Assembly: GCA_963701495.1 (NCBI GenBank)
Contig: CAVOZY010000002.1
Coordinates: 10,651 to 74,650 of the forward strand
DNA: 64,000 bases
DNA from: an uncultured Actinomycetes bacterium
GTDB lineage: Bacteria > Actinomycetota > Thermoleophilia > Solirubrobacterales > Solirubrobacteraceae
Direction of reading: 5' to 3'
Shown piece by piece: positions 20,266 through 28,966 of this stretch. Position 1 is the stretch's first letter. Each line of letters opens with the position of its first letter. Below the pieces are notes generated by a model. That model was not told the origin of the DNA, ran no database searches, and saw only the letters and a list, made by a program, of their open reading frames with translations. The position numbers were made by a program, and so were the translations under genes.

Positions 20266-22170
20266 ATGGCTGCGAAGCTCTTTGCGCCCGGCTGGTACCG
20301 CGCAGCGCTCTACACGCTGCTCGGTATCGCGTTCTCGATCGCATTCCTGACGGGTATTCGCGCGGCCTTCGGCAGCGACCCCGTCTACTACGGCGACGGG
20401 GTCCTCCAGGTCGCGCTGCTGATGGTGCCGCTGTGGTTCCTGGCGGGCATCGGCTGCTTCGACTACTGGTTCCGCTGGGCCCGCGGCCAGCAGGTGGTCG
20501 ACGACCACGCCGATCACGGCGCCCACAGCTGGAAGGACTACTTCAAGGTCAACACCGATCACAAGGTGATCGGTGTCCAGTACGTCTGCACGTCGTTCTT
20601 CTTCCTGTTCGTCGGCGGGCTGATGGCGATGCTCGTGCGCGCCGAACTGGCCCAGCCGGGTCGCCAGTTCGTGGATTCGAACACGTTCAACGGGCTCTTC
20701 TCGGTCCACGCCTCGATCCTGATCTTCCTCTTCATCATCCCCGTGTTCGCGGGGCTCGCGAACTACGTGCTGCCGCTGATGATCGGCGCGCCGGACATGG
20801 CGTTCCCACGGCTCAACGCGCTGTCGTTCTGGATGCTTCCGGTCGCCGGCGTGATGCTGATGCTGTCGTTCGTCGTGCCGGGCGGATCGTTCGCCTCGGG
20901 CTGGACCGCCTACGCCCCGTTATCCACATCGGCGCCCATAGGCCAGGTGTTCTTCACGATCGGGGTGCAGTTCGCCGGTGCCTCGTCGATCGCGACGGCG
21001 CTCAACTTCCTCGTGACGATCATCACGATGCGCGCGCCGGGAATGACCTTCTTCCGGATGCCGCTGCTCGTCTGGGCGAACTTCTCAACGTCACTGCTCG
21101 TCGTGATCGCGACGCCCTTCGTCGCCGCGTCACAGTTCATGGTGCTGCTTGACCGAGCGCTCGGCTTCAACTTCTTCGTCTGGGACAAGGGCGGCGACGT
21201 GCTGATGTATCAGCACGTCTTCTGGTTCTACTCGCATCCGGCCGTCTACATCATGATGCTGCCGGGCTTCGGGATCATCAGCGAGATCCTCGCCACGCGT
21301 TCGCGCAAGCCGATCTTCGGCTATCGCATGATGGCCTTCTCGCTGCTTGCGATCGTCGTGCTGGGCTTCACGGTCTGGGCCCACCACATGTTCGTCTCGG
21401 GCATGCAGGACTGGATCCGGATCCCGATGATGATCACGACCGCGATCATCGCGATCCCGACCGGGATCAAGATCTTCAGCTGGCTCGCGACGATGTGGCG
21501 CGGCGTGCTGCACATGGACACGCCGATGCTCTGGGCGACCGGCTTCCTGACGATGTTCACGCTCGGTGGCATCTCCGGGGTGATGCTCGCGATGGTGCCG
21601 CTCGACATCTACGTCAGCGACACGTACTTCATCGTCGCTCACATCCACTACGTCCTGTTCGGCGGCTCGCTGTTCACGATCTTCGCGGGCGTCTACTACT
21701 GGTTCCCGAAGATGACGGGCCGCATGTACGACGAGCGCCTCGGCCGGATCCACTTCTGGATCACCTTCGTCGCCTTCAACGTCACGTTCGCGCCGATGCA
21801 CCTGGTCGGCGTCCAGGGGATGCCGCGACGCGTCTACGACTACGCCGATCAGTTCGCCACCTGGAACATGATCATCTCGATGGCGTCCTTCGTACTCGGT
21901 CTCTCGACGCTGATCTTCGTCTACAACATGATCGCCTCGTGGCGCGGTGGCCCGCGGGCAAGCGCCAACCCGTGGCGAGCGCTCACGCTCGAGTGGCAGG
22001 TCTCGTCGCCGCCGCCGATCTTCAATTTCGACGCCGTCCCGTCGGTCGTCGGCGGGCCATACGAGTACGGCGTCCCCGGAGCGGTTCACGGCGTCTTCCA
22101 CGGCGCCGAGGTCCCTGCCGTTCCCGCCGGAGCCCACGCGGCAGCCTCGTCGACCGAAGAGGAGCACTGA
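20266..22170 (+). CDS. ctaD: Cytochrome c oxidase subunit I, second copy, with an N-terminal extension of about 90 aa
   Basis: 634-aa ORF with WFYSHPAVYIMMLPGFG and VWAHHMF. The extension ahead of the conserved core (before KVIGVQY) contains two extra hydrophobic helices. Confidence 0.9.
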   Translation: MAAKLFAPGWYRAALYTLLGIAFSIAFLTGIRAAFGSDPVYYGDGVLQVALLMVPLWFLAGIGCFDYWFRWARGQQVVDDHADHGAHSWKDYFKVNTDHKVIGVQYVCTSFFFLFVGGLMAMLVRAELAQPGRQFVDSNTFNGLFSVHASILIFLFIIPVFAGLANYVLPLMIGAPDMAFPRLNALSFWMLPVAGVMLMLSFVVPGGSFASGWTAYAPLSTSAPIGQVFFTIGVQFAGASSIATALNFLVTIITMRAPGMTFFRMPLLVWANFSTSLLVVIATPFVAASQFMVLLDRALGFNFFVWDKGGDVLMYQHVFWFYSHPAVYIMMLPGFGIISEILATRSRKPIFGYRMMAFSLLAIVVLGFTVWAHHMFVSGMQDWIRIPMMITTAIIAIPTGIKIFSWLATMWRGVLHMDTPMLWATGFLTMFTLGGISGVMLAMVPLDIYVSDTYFIVAHIHYVLFGGSLFTIFAGVYYWFPKMTGRMYDERLGRIHFWITFVAFNVTFAPMHLVGVQGMPRRVYDYADQFATWNMIISMASFVLGLSTLIFVYNMIASWRGGPRASANPWRALTLEWQVSSPPPIFNFDAVPSVVGGPYEYGVPGAVHGVFHGAEVPAVPAGAHAAASSTEEEH

Positions 22171-22176
22171 GCGCAG

Positions 22177-23016
22177 ATGCGAACGATTCTCGTCGTCGCC
22201 AACGAGACCCTCGGCGGACAGACGCTTCTCGACCTGGCCCGCGAGGAGGCGGCCAAGGGCCCGATGCGGATAGTCCTCTGCGTGCCGCGGAAGATCCCGA
22301 GCCACGGCAACGTCATCTACATCGATGCCACCTACGACGCCGCGCAGGTGCGGATCGACCTCGCTCGATCGGTGCTGCGGGAGATGGGCATCGACGCGAT
22401 CGGCGAAGTCGGCGACCCCGATCCCTACACCGCGACGATGGACGCGATCCCGGAGCACAATCCGGATCTCATAGTGGTCTCCACACTCCCGGCCGCCGCC
22501 TCCGGGTGGCTGCGCCGCGACTTCGTCGAGCGAATCACAGAGGCCGCCCGCGTACCGGTGGTGCACATCGTCACGGACATGTCGCACGACCACGGCGCCT
22601 TCCACGTCACGCTGGTCGTCGCCAATCGCACGGCCAACAGCGAGACGCTGCTGCAGCAGCTGAAGGCGCTGGGACCGGGCGAGGGTGGCCGCGAGCGCCT
22701 GCTGATCTTCGTCGTGCCGATCGAAGGCGGAGACGGGATCGCGGCTCGAGCCGCCCGCGCGCGGCTCGACCAGGTGCTCGACCGCGCGCGCGCCACCGGG
22801 CTCGTGGCCGCCGGGATGACGGGTGACCCGGACCCGTACACGGCCACCATGAACGCCGTCGGGTTCTTCCACGTCGACGACATCATCATCTCCACGCTGC
22901 CGGAGACCCGCTCGGGATGGCTTCGTGCAGACCTGATCGAGCGTGTCGCCAAGGCGTCGAACAAGCCCGTGACGCATATCGTCGACCAGCCGGAGGGTGC
23001 GCGGGCGCCGGCCTGA
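22177..23016 (+). CDS. Hypothetical protein made of two homologous halves (USP/Rossmann-like guess) inside the oxidase operon
   Basis: Intact 279-aa ORF. Both halves share LVVAN.T, GDPDPYTATM.A, STLP...SGWLR.D..ER and PV.HIV. It lies 6 nt after subunit I and 20 nt before subunit III. Confidence 0.7.
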   Translation: MRTILVVANETLGGQTLLDLAREEAAKGPMRIVLCVPRKIPSHGNVIYIDATYDAAQVRIDLARSVLREMGIDAIGEVGDPDPYTATMDAIPEHNPDLIVVSTLPAAASGWLRRDFVERITEAARVPVVHIVTDMSHDHGAFHVTLVVANRTANSETLLQQLKALGPGEGGRERLLIFVVPIEGGDGIAARAARARLDQVLDRARATGLVAAGMTGDPDPYTATMNAVGFFHVDDIIISTLPETRSGWLRADLIERVAKASNKPVTHIVDQPEGARAPA

Positions 23017-23036
23017 GCCGCGCCCCAAGAGCAGAC

Positions 23037-23651
23037 ATGGAAGCCGCAGCAGTCCCCTCCCCCGTCCCGCGCGACGACCACCATCACGGCCCGCCCGCCC
23101 CGCACCACAGCTCGCGCGTGGAGCCGGAGGTCCTCGGGATCCTCCTTTTCATCATCTCCGAGCTCATGCTGTTCGGGGCGTTCTTCGCGGCCTACTTCTT
23201 CGTGCGGGTGGTCGCGAACAGCGAGTGGCCTCCGGGCGAAGGGCTTCCCATCGCCGTCGCGGGAACGAACGCCGCGATCCTTCTCTCCTCGTCGATCACG
23301 ATGCACTGGACCGATCTGTCCGCCAAGCGCGGCAACACCTTCGGAATGCGCGCCGGGATCGTCTCGACGATCGCCCTCGGCTCGACGTTCCTCTTCATCC
23401 AGATCAACGAGTACCTGCACCTCGGCTTCACCCCGAAGACCGACGCGTCCGCCTCGGTGTTCTACGGGCTCACGGGCCTGCACGGGGCGCACGTCCTGAT
23501 CGGGCTCATCCTGCTGTCGGTCGCAGCGGTGCGGATCTTCAAGGGCCGGGTCGGGCCCGACGCCTACAAGGGCATGGAAGTGCCCGGCATCTACTGGCAC
23601 TTCGTCGACGTGATGTGGATCATCGTGTTCACGACGATCTACCTCCTCTAG
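23037..23651 (+). CDS. ctaE: Cytochrome c oxidase subunit III
   Basis: Starts at the internal ATG of ORF 22917..23651. Shows LFIISELMLFGAFFAAYF, GLHGAHVLIGLILL and YWHFVDVMWIIVF. Confidence 0.9.
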   Translation: MEAAAVPSPVPRDDHHHGPPAPHHSSRVEPEVLGILLFIISELMLFGAFFAAYFFVRVVANSEWPPGEGLPIAVAGTNAAILLSSSITMHWTDLSAKRGNTFGMRAGIVSTIALGSTFLFIQINEYLHLGFTPKTDASASVFYGLTGLHGAHVLIGLILLSVAAVRIFKGRVGPDAYKGMEVPGIYWHFVDVMWIIVFTTIYLL

Positions 23652-23665
23652 CGCGGCGCCGCCCG

Positions 23666-23869
23666 ATGTCGTCGCAGCCTCCTGCGCAGGACGACCGACC
23701 GGCACCTCCAGTGCCGCGCCCAAACGATCACGACGGTGACGAGCAGCCGCCGTGGATGAGGCTGCTCGCGCCGTTCCGCTCCGAGGACGCCGCGTTCAGG
23801 CTGCTGCTCGCGATCGCCGCCGTCTGCGGCGTGATCGCGGCAGCCGTGCTGATCGTGCGCGCGCTCTGA
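23666..23869 (+). CDS. 67-aa protein with a C-terminal TM helix, possible oxidase-associated small subunit
   Basis: Starts at ATG 23666 in the frame of ORF 22997..23869: MSSQPPAQDD...FRLLLAIAAVCGVIAAAVLIVRAL. It lies 14 nt after ctaE. Confidence 0.45.
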   Translation: MSSQPPAQDDRPAPPVPRPNDHDGDEQPPWMRLLAPFRSEDAAFRLLLAIAAVCGVIAAAVLIVRAL

Positions 23870-23872
23870 CCG

Positions 23873-23888
23873 GCGGACGATCGTCCGC
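23873..23888. terminator. 16-nt perfect palindrome between convergent gene ends
   Basis: The sequence gcggacgatcgtccgc lies between the + gene ending at 23869 and the - gene ending at 23951. It has no U-tract and only a short stem. Confidence 0.25.
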
Positions 23889-23950
23889 GACCTCCCGGCG
23901 GGCGCCCGCGCGCACACGCACCGCCCTCCGCCGGGCCGACACGGCACGAC

Positions 23951-24677
23951 CTACTTGACGGTGAGCTTGCCCTCCATGCCGCCGGCGCGATGTCCGGGGA
24001 CGGAGCAGAAGTAGGTGAACTCGCCGGCCTTCAGCTCGCCGCTGTCCTTGGCGACGCCCTTCGCGACGACGGGCGTCTTCAGGTCGGTGCCCTCGACCAC
24101 GAGGTCGTGCGGGATGCCCGACTCGTTGGGCATCTGGATCTCGATCGGACCGGGCGTCGCCTGCGCCACCTTGGTCACGTAGGCCAGCTGCCCGCTCGGG
24201 TCCGCGGCGATGCTGAGCACGCCGTCCTTGGCGACCGCCGGCTTGCCCTCGCCCGGCGCCTTGACCGCGGTCGCCAGCAGGCCGTCTGTCCTTGCCCGGC
24301 TCTGCGACCGACTGCGCGACGTAGGCCGCCACGTCGTAGGCGTCCTCACCCTCGACGAGCTTGGCAGGCATCGCGCTGCCGATCGCCGGGTGCAGTATCT
24401 GTCCGTGAACGGCCCCGCGAATCGAGGCGTCGCCCCAGCCCTCAAAGCGCGCGACGGCGAAAGCCGCGTCCAGGTCAGGGCCTGCGGTGCCCTTGGTTCC
24501 CGCGCGCGAAAGCACGTGGCAGGACCCGCACTTCTGCACGAACAACTGCTTGCCGGCCACGAGATTCGGGTCGCCTCCGACCTTGCCGCCCGAGCAGCCG
24601 GTGACAGCGACGGCAACGGCGACAAGCGCAGCGATTCCCGCCGCGCGCGCCGTTCGATGCGAGTGCGTCAACCCCAT
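23951..24677 (-). pseudogene. Lipoprotein fusing a cytochrome c domain to a cupredoxin (plastocyanin/azurin-like) domain. One frame break.
   Basis: ORF 23796..24677 starts MGLTHSHRTARAAGIAALVAVAVAVTGCSGG (lipobox) and carries the heme motif CGSCHVL. The frame of ORF 23951..24625 ends with the type-1 copper ligands IPHDLV ... YFCSVPGHRAGGMEGKLTVK. The break is near 24290. Confidence 0.75.
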
Positions 24678-24769
24678 GAGCGACGCGAACCCTACCCGGA
24701 ACGGCGGCCGGGATGCCCTCTCGGCCGCGCCGGCCGACGACCTGCCCGCCCGCCCGCTAGATTGCCCCC

Positions 24770-25039
24770 ATGGCGCTGGGACAGCTTTACCGTCTTCGCA
24801 ACCCCTCGACGGGCGTGGAGACGCTGATCGAGGCTGAGGCCGACGTCATCTACCGCGATCAGGCGACGGGCGAGGATCTCGAGATCGTCGGCAAGCTCGT
24901 GCCGGTGGGGCCCACGCCATCGCGCCTCCCCTGGGCGGTCGAGAACCTGCGCTTCTGCAACTGGTGCGGAGCGATGGCGCAGATAGACCTGAACGACTGC
25001 CCGACGTGCCTGCGGCGAATGGCCGCGCCCGGCACCTGA
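24770..25039 (+). CDS. Small hypothetical protein with a C-terminal zinc ribbon
   Basis: 89-aa ORF with GC-rich third positions and FCNWCGAMAQIDLNDCPTC (CxxC-x9-CxxC). Confidence 0.55.
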   Translation: MALGQLYRLRNPSTGVETLIEAEADVIYRDQATGEDLEIVGKLVPVGPTPSRLPWAVENLRFCNWCGAMAQIDLNDCPTCLRRMAAPGT

Positions 25040-25132
25040 GGGTGGATCCGCCCGCGGAGTTCCCGGCTCAGGCCGCGCTCGCTGAACGGCCGGATGCGCC
25101 GTCGCACGTGCACTAGCTGTACGCTGCCCCCG

Positions 25133-25591
25133 ATGCGACCCGTTATCGCCGCCTTCACGTGCGCGCTCGCACTCACCGCACCGCTCGGCCTGTCGGCATG
25201 CGGCGGCGACGAGGGGCCCCCCGACGCCGTGCCCGCGTCGACCCCGGAGATCCTGCCGCCCGACGATGCGAACGACATCGCGGCAGGAACATCCACCGGC
25301 TCAGACAGCACGACGACGACCGGCACCGGAACCACGACCGACCGCACCCGCAGCTCGTCTGGAACGGCCGCACCCAGCGCCGGCACCGGCGGCACGCCGG
25401 CACAGCCGGCGACCGGCACCGGCGGAACGGACACCGGAACCGGAACCGGTACGGGTACGGGTACCGGTGGGACCGGTACCGGCGGAACGGGCGGGGGAAC
25501 GCCCCCCAGCACCGGCGGCGTATCGCCGGACGACAGCGCCAATGCCGGGTCGGTTCAGCAGTTCTGCGCCGACAACCCAGGCGCCTGCTGA
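25133..25591 (+). CDS. Low-complexity Thr/Gly-rich lipoprotein
   Basis: From the internal ATG of ORF 25094..25591: MRPVIAAFTCALALTAPLGLSACGG (lipobox LSAC), then T/G/S-rich sequence with (TG)n, ending VQQFCADNPGAC. Confidence 0.55.
   Translation: MRPVIAAFTCALALTAPLGLSACGGDEGPPDAVPASTPEILPPDDANDIAAGTSTGSDSTTTTGTGTTTDRTRSSSGTAAPSAGTGGTPAQPATGTGGTDTGTGTGTGTGTGGTGTGGTGGGTPPSTGGVSPDDSANAGSVQQFCADNPGAC
25431..25493. repeat. Imperfect hexanucleotide (accggn) repeat encoding Thr-Gly dipeptide repeats
   Basis: The sequence is acaccggaaccggaaccggtacgggtacgggtaccggtgggaccggtaccggcggaacgggc. Confidence 0.7.
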
Positions 25592-25596
25592 CCTGA

Positions 25597-26315
25597 TCAG
25601 GTCTTCTTGGTCGACTTCTTCTTGGTCGATCTTCTTCTTGACCGCGTTCTTGGACGGCGTCGTGATCAGCGTCGCGCTGTAGGTCAGGCGCGCGGTCCTG
25701 TAGAGGCAGTAGTACTGCGCAAGCTGGTTGGGCTGAACCTGGGCCGTCTGCCCCTGCGTGTCGTCGCACTGCCCCTTCTCGCGGCTCGCGCGCCACGAGG
25801 TGTCTCCGCCGAGGCCTGTGCCGAGCGCGGGAGCCCAGGTGGGAACCGTCAGGGCGATGACCTGACCCTTCTTGACGGGGATCGACTTCTTGAGCGGGAA
25901 CTGCGATGTGCGGCCGAAGTAGCGCTCGAAGCTTGACGAGCTCGCCCTGGGCGACGGCGCGAGAGCGCAGCTTGCGCTTGGGGTCGAGGATCGTCAGCTG
26001 GGCCTGTGCCTCGCCGCCGAGCTTCGAGTTGAAGAAGTCGGTCTGCTTCTCGCCGGGATTGCCGAGCGCGATCGTCCAGGCGACGATCCGCCCGCTCTTG
26101 GGGACGGTCATCAGACCGCGGTTGGTGCCGACCTTGGCCTGGTAGCCGGTGGTGCGGCTGACCGCGTAGCACGGCTTGTCCGGGCACCCGGGCTTTGTCT
26201 TCGGATCGATCCTGCCGATCTCGACCACTTCGGCGAAACCGGCGGCGGGGAGCGTGAGCGCAAGCATGGCGAAGGCCATCTGCGCCGTCATTAGGCGTCG
26301 AAGCATCACGAGCAT
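25597..26315 (-). pseudogene. Secreted hypothetical protein with two frame breaks
   Basis: ORF 25173..26315 starts with a signal peptide (MLRRLMTAQMAFAMLALTLPAAGFA). After ..AQGELVKL the sensible continuation (FERYFGRTSQFPLKKSIPVKKGQVIALTVPTWAP...YYCLYRTARLTYSATLITTPSKNAV) is in another frame, with the break near 25925. The Lys-rich end KKKSTKKT then stop (25599..25597) needs a further 1-nt shift near 25630. Confidence 0.5.
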
Positions 26316-26429
26316 TTGAACACGAGCGTAGGCGATTCGTCGCAGTTCACCGCTCCACTATCAGGTGCATCGCGTTGTTCACGCCACTTGGCGGCAGGCG
26401 GACGCAAAGTTCCGCCCGGGCGGCGGCGC

Positions 26430-27273
26430 TCAGGCGACAGCTGCCGACGCCCCGACGGCAGCGAGGTGGCCGTCGATCGCCGCCATCACCTCCACCTCGG
26501 CATCGGTCAGCATCACGTGCCCGCAGCCGGCGATCTCAGCAAGTCGCGCTCCCGGGATCATGGCGGCGAGACGACGCCCGCGTTCGACGCCGATCAGCGC
26601 ATCCTCGTCGCCGTGTACGACCGTCACCTCGAGCCCCTTCGAGTTCGGGCAGCCGCGCGCGAACGTCGTGCCCACCGGCCGCCAGCATCTGGGCGAAGAT
26701 CGTCCGCGGCGCGGTCGCCTCCCGGCGGCGCATCGCCAGGTCGTCGGCGATGCGCTCGGGGGCCTCGCGGCGGGTGCGCCGCGAGTAGAGGGCCGGCACG
26801 AGCAGCGCCGTGGCCCGGTCGGGCGACGCTCCGCGGACGGCGCTCGCCGCCATCAGCCGCCACGGCGGCGGGCCTGAGCGGGCCCGCGCGGTCGTGCAGC
26901 CCAGGATCAGCGAGCGCACGCGATCGCGATGGTCGAGCGCGAGTCGCTGCGCGACCATCCCGCCCATGGAGACGCCCAGCACGTGGGCGTCGTCGAGTCC
27001 GGCGGCGTCCATCACCGCGACCGCGTCACGGACCATGTCGTCGAGCGTGACACGCGCGCCCACGCCGTCCGACAGCCCGGTTCCGCGGTTGTCGAACGCG
27101 ACGGCGCGCACGCGCCCGTTGAGGTGCGGCATCAGGCGATACCAGGCCTGCGAGCTGCCGCCCAGGCCCATGATCAGCAGCAGCGGCTCCCCCTCACCCT
27201 GCTCCAGCCAGTGAAGCCTCACTCCGGCGTTCACGGCGCGCTCACGGGCGGCCTGCGGACCCGCGTCGTTCAC
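26430..27273 (-). pseudogene. Alpha/beta-fold hydrolase with one frame break
   Basis: ORF 26536..27426 has LLLIMGLGGSSQAW and the nucleophile elbow HVLGVSMGGMVAQ. ORF 26430..26675 supplies the C-terminus VTVVHGDEDALI...AGCGHVMLTD (Asp and His). The break is near 26650. The GTG start at 27273 overlaps the HIT stop as GTGA. Confidence 0.7.
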
Positions 27274-27695
27274 GCGGCCTCCCCGCGCAGCTGGGCGGCG
27301 CTCGCCGCGATCGACTGCGCGTCGCCCGCGCTCGGAATCCACGGCAGGCGCAGCGGATCGTCCGCGTAGCGCGGGATCACGTGCACGTGGTAATGGAAGA
27401 CCGACTGCCACGCCGCCGGACGGCACGCGTTGAGCAGGTTCACGCCATCCGCCCCGAGCGCATCCCGCACGCGCAGTGCCAGACGCTGCGCGGCCAGGGC
27501 CGTGGCCGCCATGTCCCGCTCCGGTACCTCGTAGAGATCTTCCGCATGGCTGCGGGGAATCACGAGCGCGTGCCCGGGCGTCGCCGGGTTGATGTCCATG
27601 AACGAGAGCGTGTGCTCATCCTCATCGACGATCTGCGCCGGCAGCTCCCCGGCGAGGATCCTGCAGAAAAGGCAGTCGGCGTCACGGTCGGTCAT
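27270..27695 (-). CDS. HIT-family nucleotide hydrolase/transferase
   Basis: From the internal ATG of ORF 27270..27743: MTDRDADCLFCRILAGELPA..., with the histidine triad SVFHYHVHVIPR. Confidence 0.85.
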   Translation of the reverse strand: MTDRDADCLFCRILAGELPAQIVDEDEHTLSFMDINPATPGHALVIPRSHAEDLYEVPERDMAATALAAQRLALRVRDALGADGVNLLNACRPAAWQSVFHYHVHVIPRYADDPLRLPWIPSAGDAQSIAASAAQLRGEAA

Positions 27696-27745
27696 GGCCG
27701 CGGAGCCTACCGGCGCCCTCCCCGCGCAGCTACCGTTCGACACCC

Positions 27746-28951
27746 GTGACGCTCGCGGCCGCCGACCACACCAGCCTCGACGCCCTGGCCCGCAGTGCGA
27801 TCGGCCACCTGACCTCGTTCCCGCGCCCGTCGGCGTCTGAGGGCGAACGACGAGCAGCGAACTGGATCGCCGAACGGCTGGCGGACGAGCACTGCCACGC
27901 GACGGTCGAGGAGGAACGGGCGCACGGCACCTACTGGTGGCCGCTCGGCCTGGCCGCAGGCGCTGCCGGGCTCGCGTCGCTCAGCCGCCGCCGCCGTGTG
28001 CGGGTGCTGGCCGGGTTATCGGCCGCCGCCGCGATCGCCGACGACGTCTCCGGCGGACGGCTGTGGTTCCGGCGGGCGGCGCTGCCCCGGCGCGCGACGT
28101 GGAACGTCGTCGCCCGCGCCGGCGATCCCGGCGCCGAGCGGACCGTCGTCTTCGTCGCTCACCACGACGCCGCGCACTGGTCGCTGCTCTTCGCGCCGCA
28201 GATCCCCGAGTTCTTCGGCACGCGCTTCCCGGGAGCGATCGAGCGGGCGGACACGACGCCGCCCGTGATGTTCCCGGTCGTGGGCGGGCCGCTGCTGGTG
28301 GGACTCGGCGGCGTGACGGGATCGCGGCGCCTGCGCTTGGCCGGCGCGCTGCTGTCGCTGGCCACAGCCGCGACGATGGCCGAGATCGGCTCACGTTCGA
28401 CCGTGGACGGCGCGAACGACAACCTCTCCGGCGTGGCGACCCTGCTGGGCCTGGCGCACCTGCTGCGGCTGCGGCCCGTCGAGGGAGTCCGCGTTCTGCT
28501 GGTGTCCACCGGCTCGGAGGAGTCCTTCATGGAGGGCATGCACGGTTTCGCCGCGCGCCATTTCGGCACACTGCCGCGCGACACCACGTCCTTCGTCTGC
28601 CTTGACACGGTCGGCTCGCCGCAGCTCACGCTGCTCGAGGGCGAGGGCATGCTCGTGATGCGCGACTACCCGGATGACTTCAAGAGGTTGGTCGCCCGCT
28701 GCGCCGCCGATGCGGGAGTCGAGCTGCGCCGCGGTCTCAGGTTCCGCAACGCGACCGACGGCCTGATCGCCCTGAAGGCCGGCTACCCGGCTGCGATGAT
28801 CGGCTCGATCAACCGCTTCAAGGCTCCCTCGAACTACCACTGGCCGACCGACACCGCAGAGAACGTCTGCTACGACACCGTCGTGCAGGCGACGCTGCTG
28901 TGCGAGGCGATCGTCCGACGCCTGGCAACGGCGCCCGATCGCCCGTCCTGA
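27746..28951 (+). CDS. M28-family metallopeptidase (aminopeptidase-like)
   Basis: 401-aa ORF with VVFVAHHDAAH, NDNLSGVATLLGLAHLL and VSTGSEESFMEGM metal-ligand contexts. Confidence 0.7.
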   Translation: MTLAAADHTSLDALARSAIGHLTSFPRPSASEGERRAANWIAERLADEHCHATVEEERAHGTYWWPLGLAAGAAGLASLSRRRRVRVLAGLSAAAAIADDVSGGRLWFRRAALPRRATWNVVARAGDPGAERTVVFVAHHDAAHWSLLFAPQIPEFFGTRFPGAIERADTTPPVMFPVVGGPLLVGLGGVTGSRRLRLAGALLSLATAATMAEIGSRSTVDGANDNLSGVATLLGLAHLLRLRPVEGVRVLLVSTGSEESFMEGMHGFAARHFGTLPRDTTSFVCLDTVGSPQLTLLEGEGMLVMRDYPDDFKRLVARCAADAGVELRRGLRFRNATDGLIALKAGYPAAMIGSINRFKAPSNYHWPTDTAENVCYDTVVQATLLCEAIVRRLATAPDRPS

Positions 28952-28966
28952 CCGGGCCGGAGCCCG

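Noticed and set aside
21130-23028. 632-aa ORF on the minus strand
   Set aside because: It lies antisense to oxidase subunit I and the tandem-domain gene. Its translation is Arg/Asp/Gly/Pro-rich with no motifs. This is the usual long spurious ORF of very GC-rich DNA, while the + strand genes have clear family signatures.
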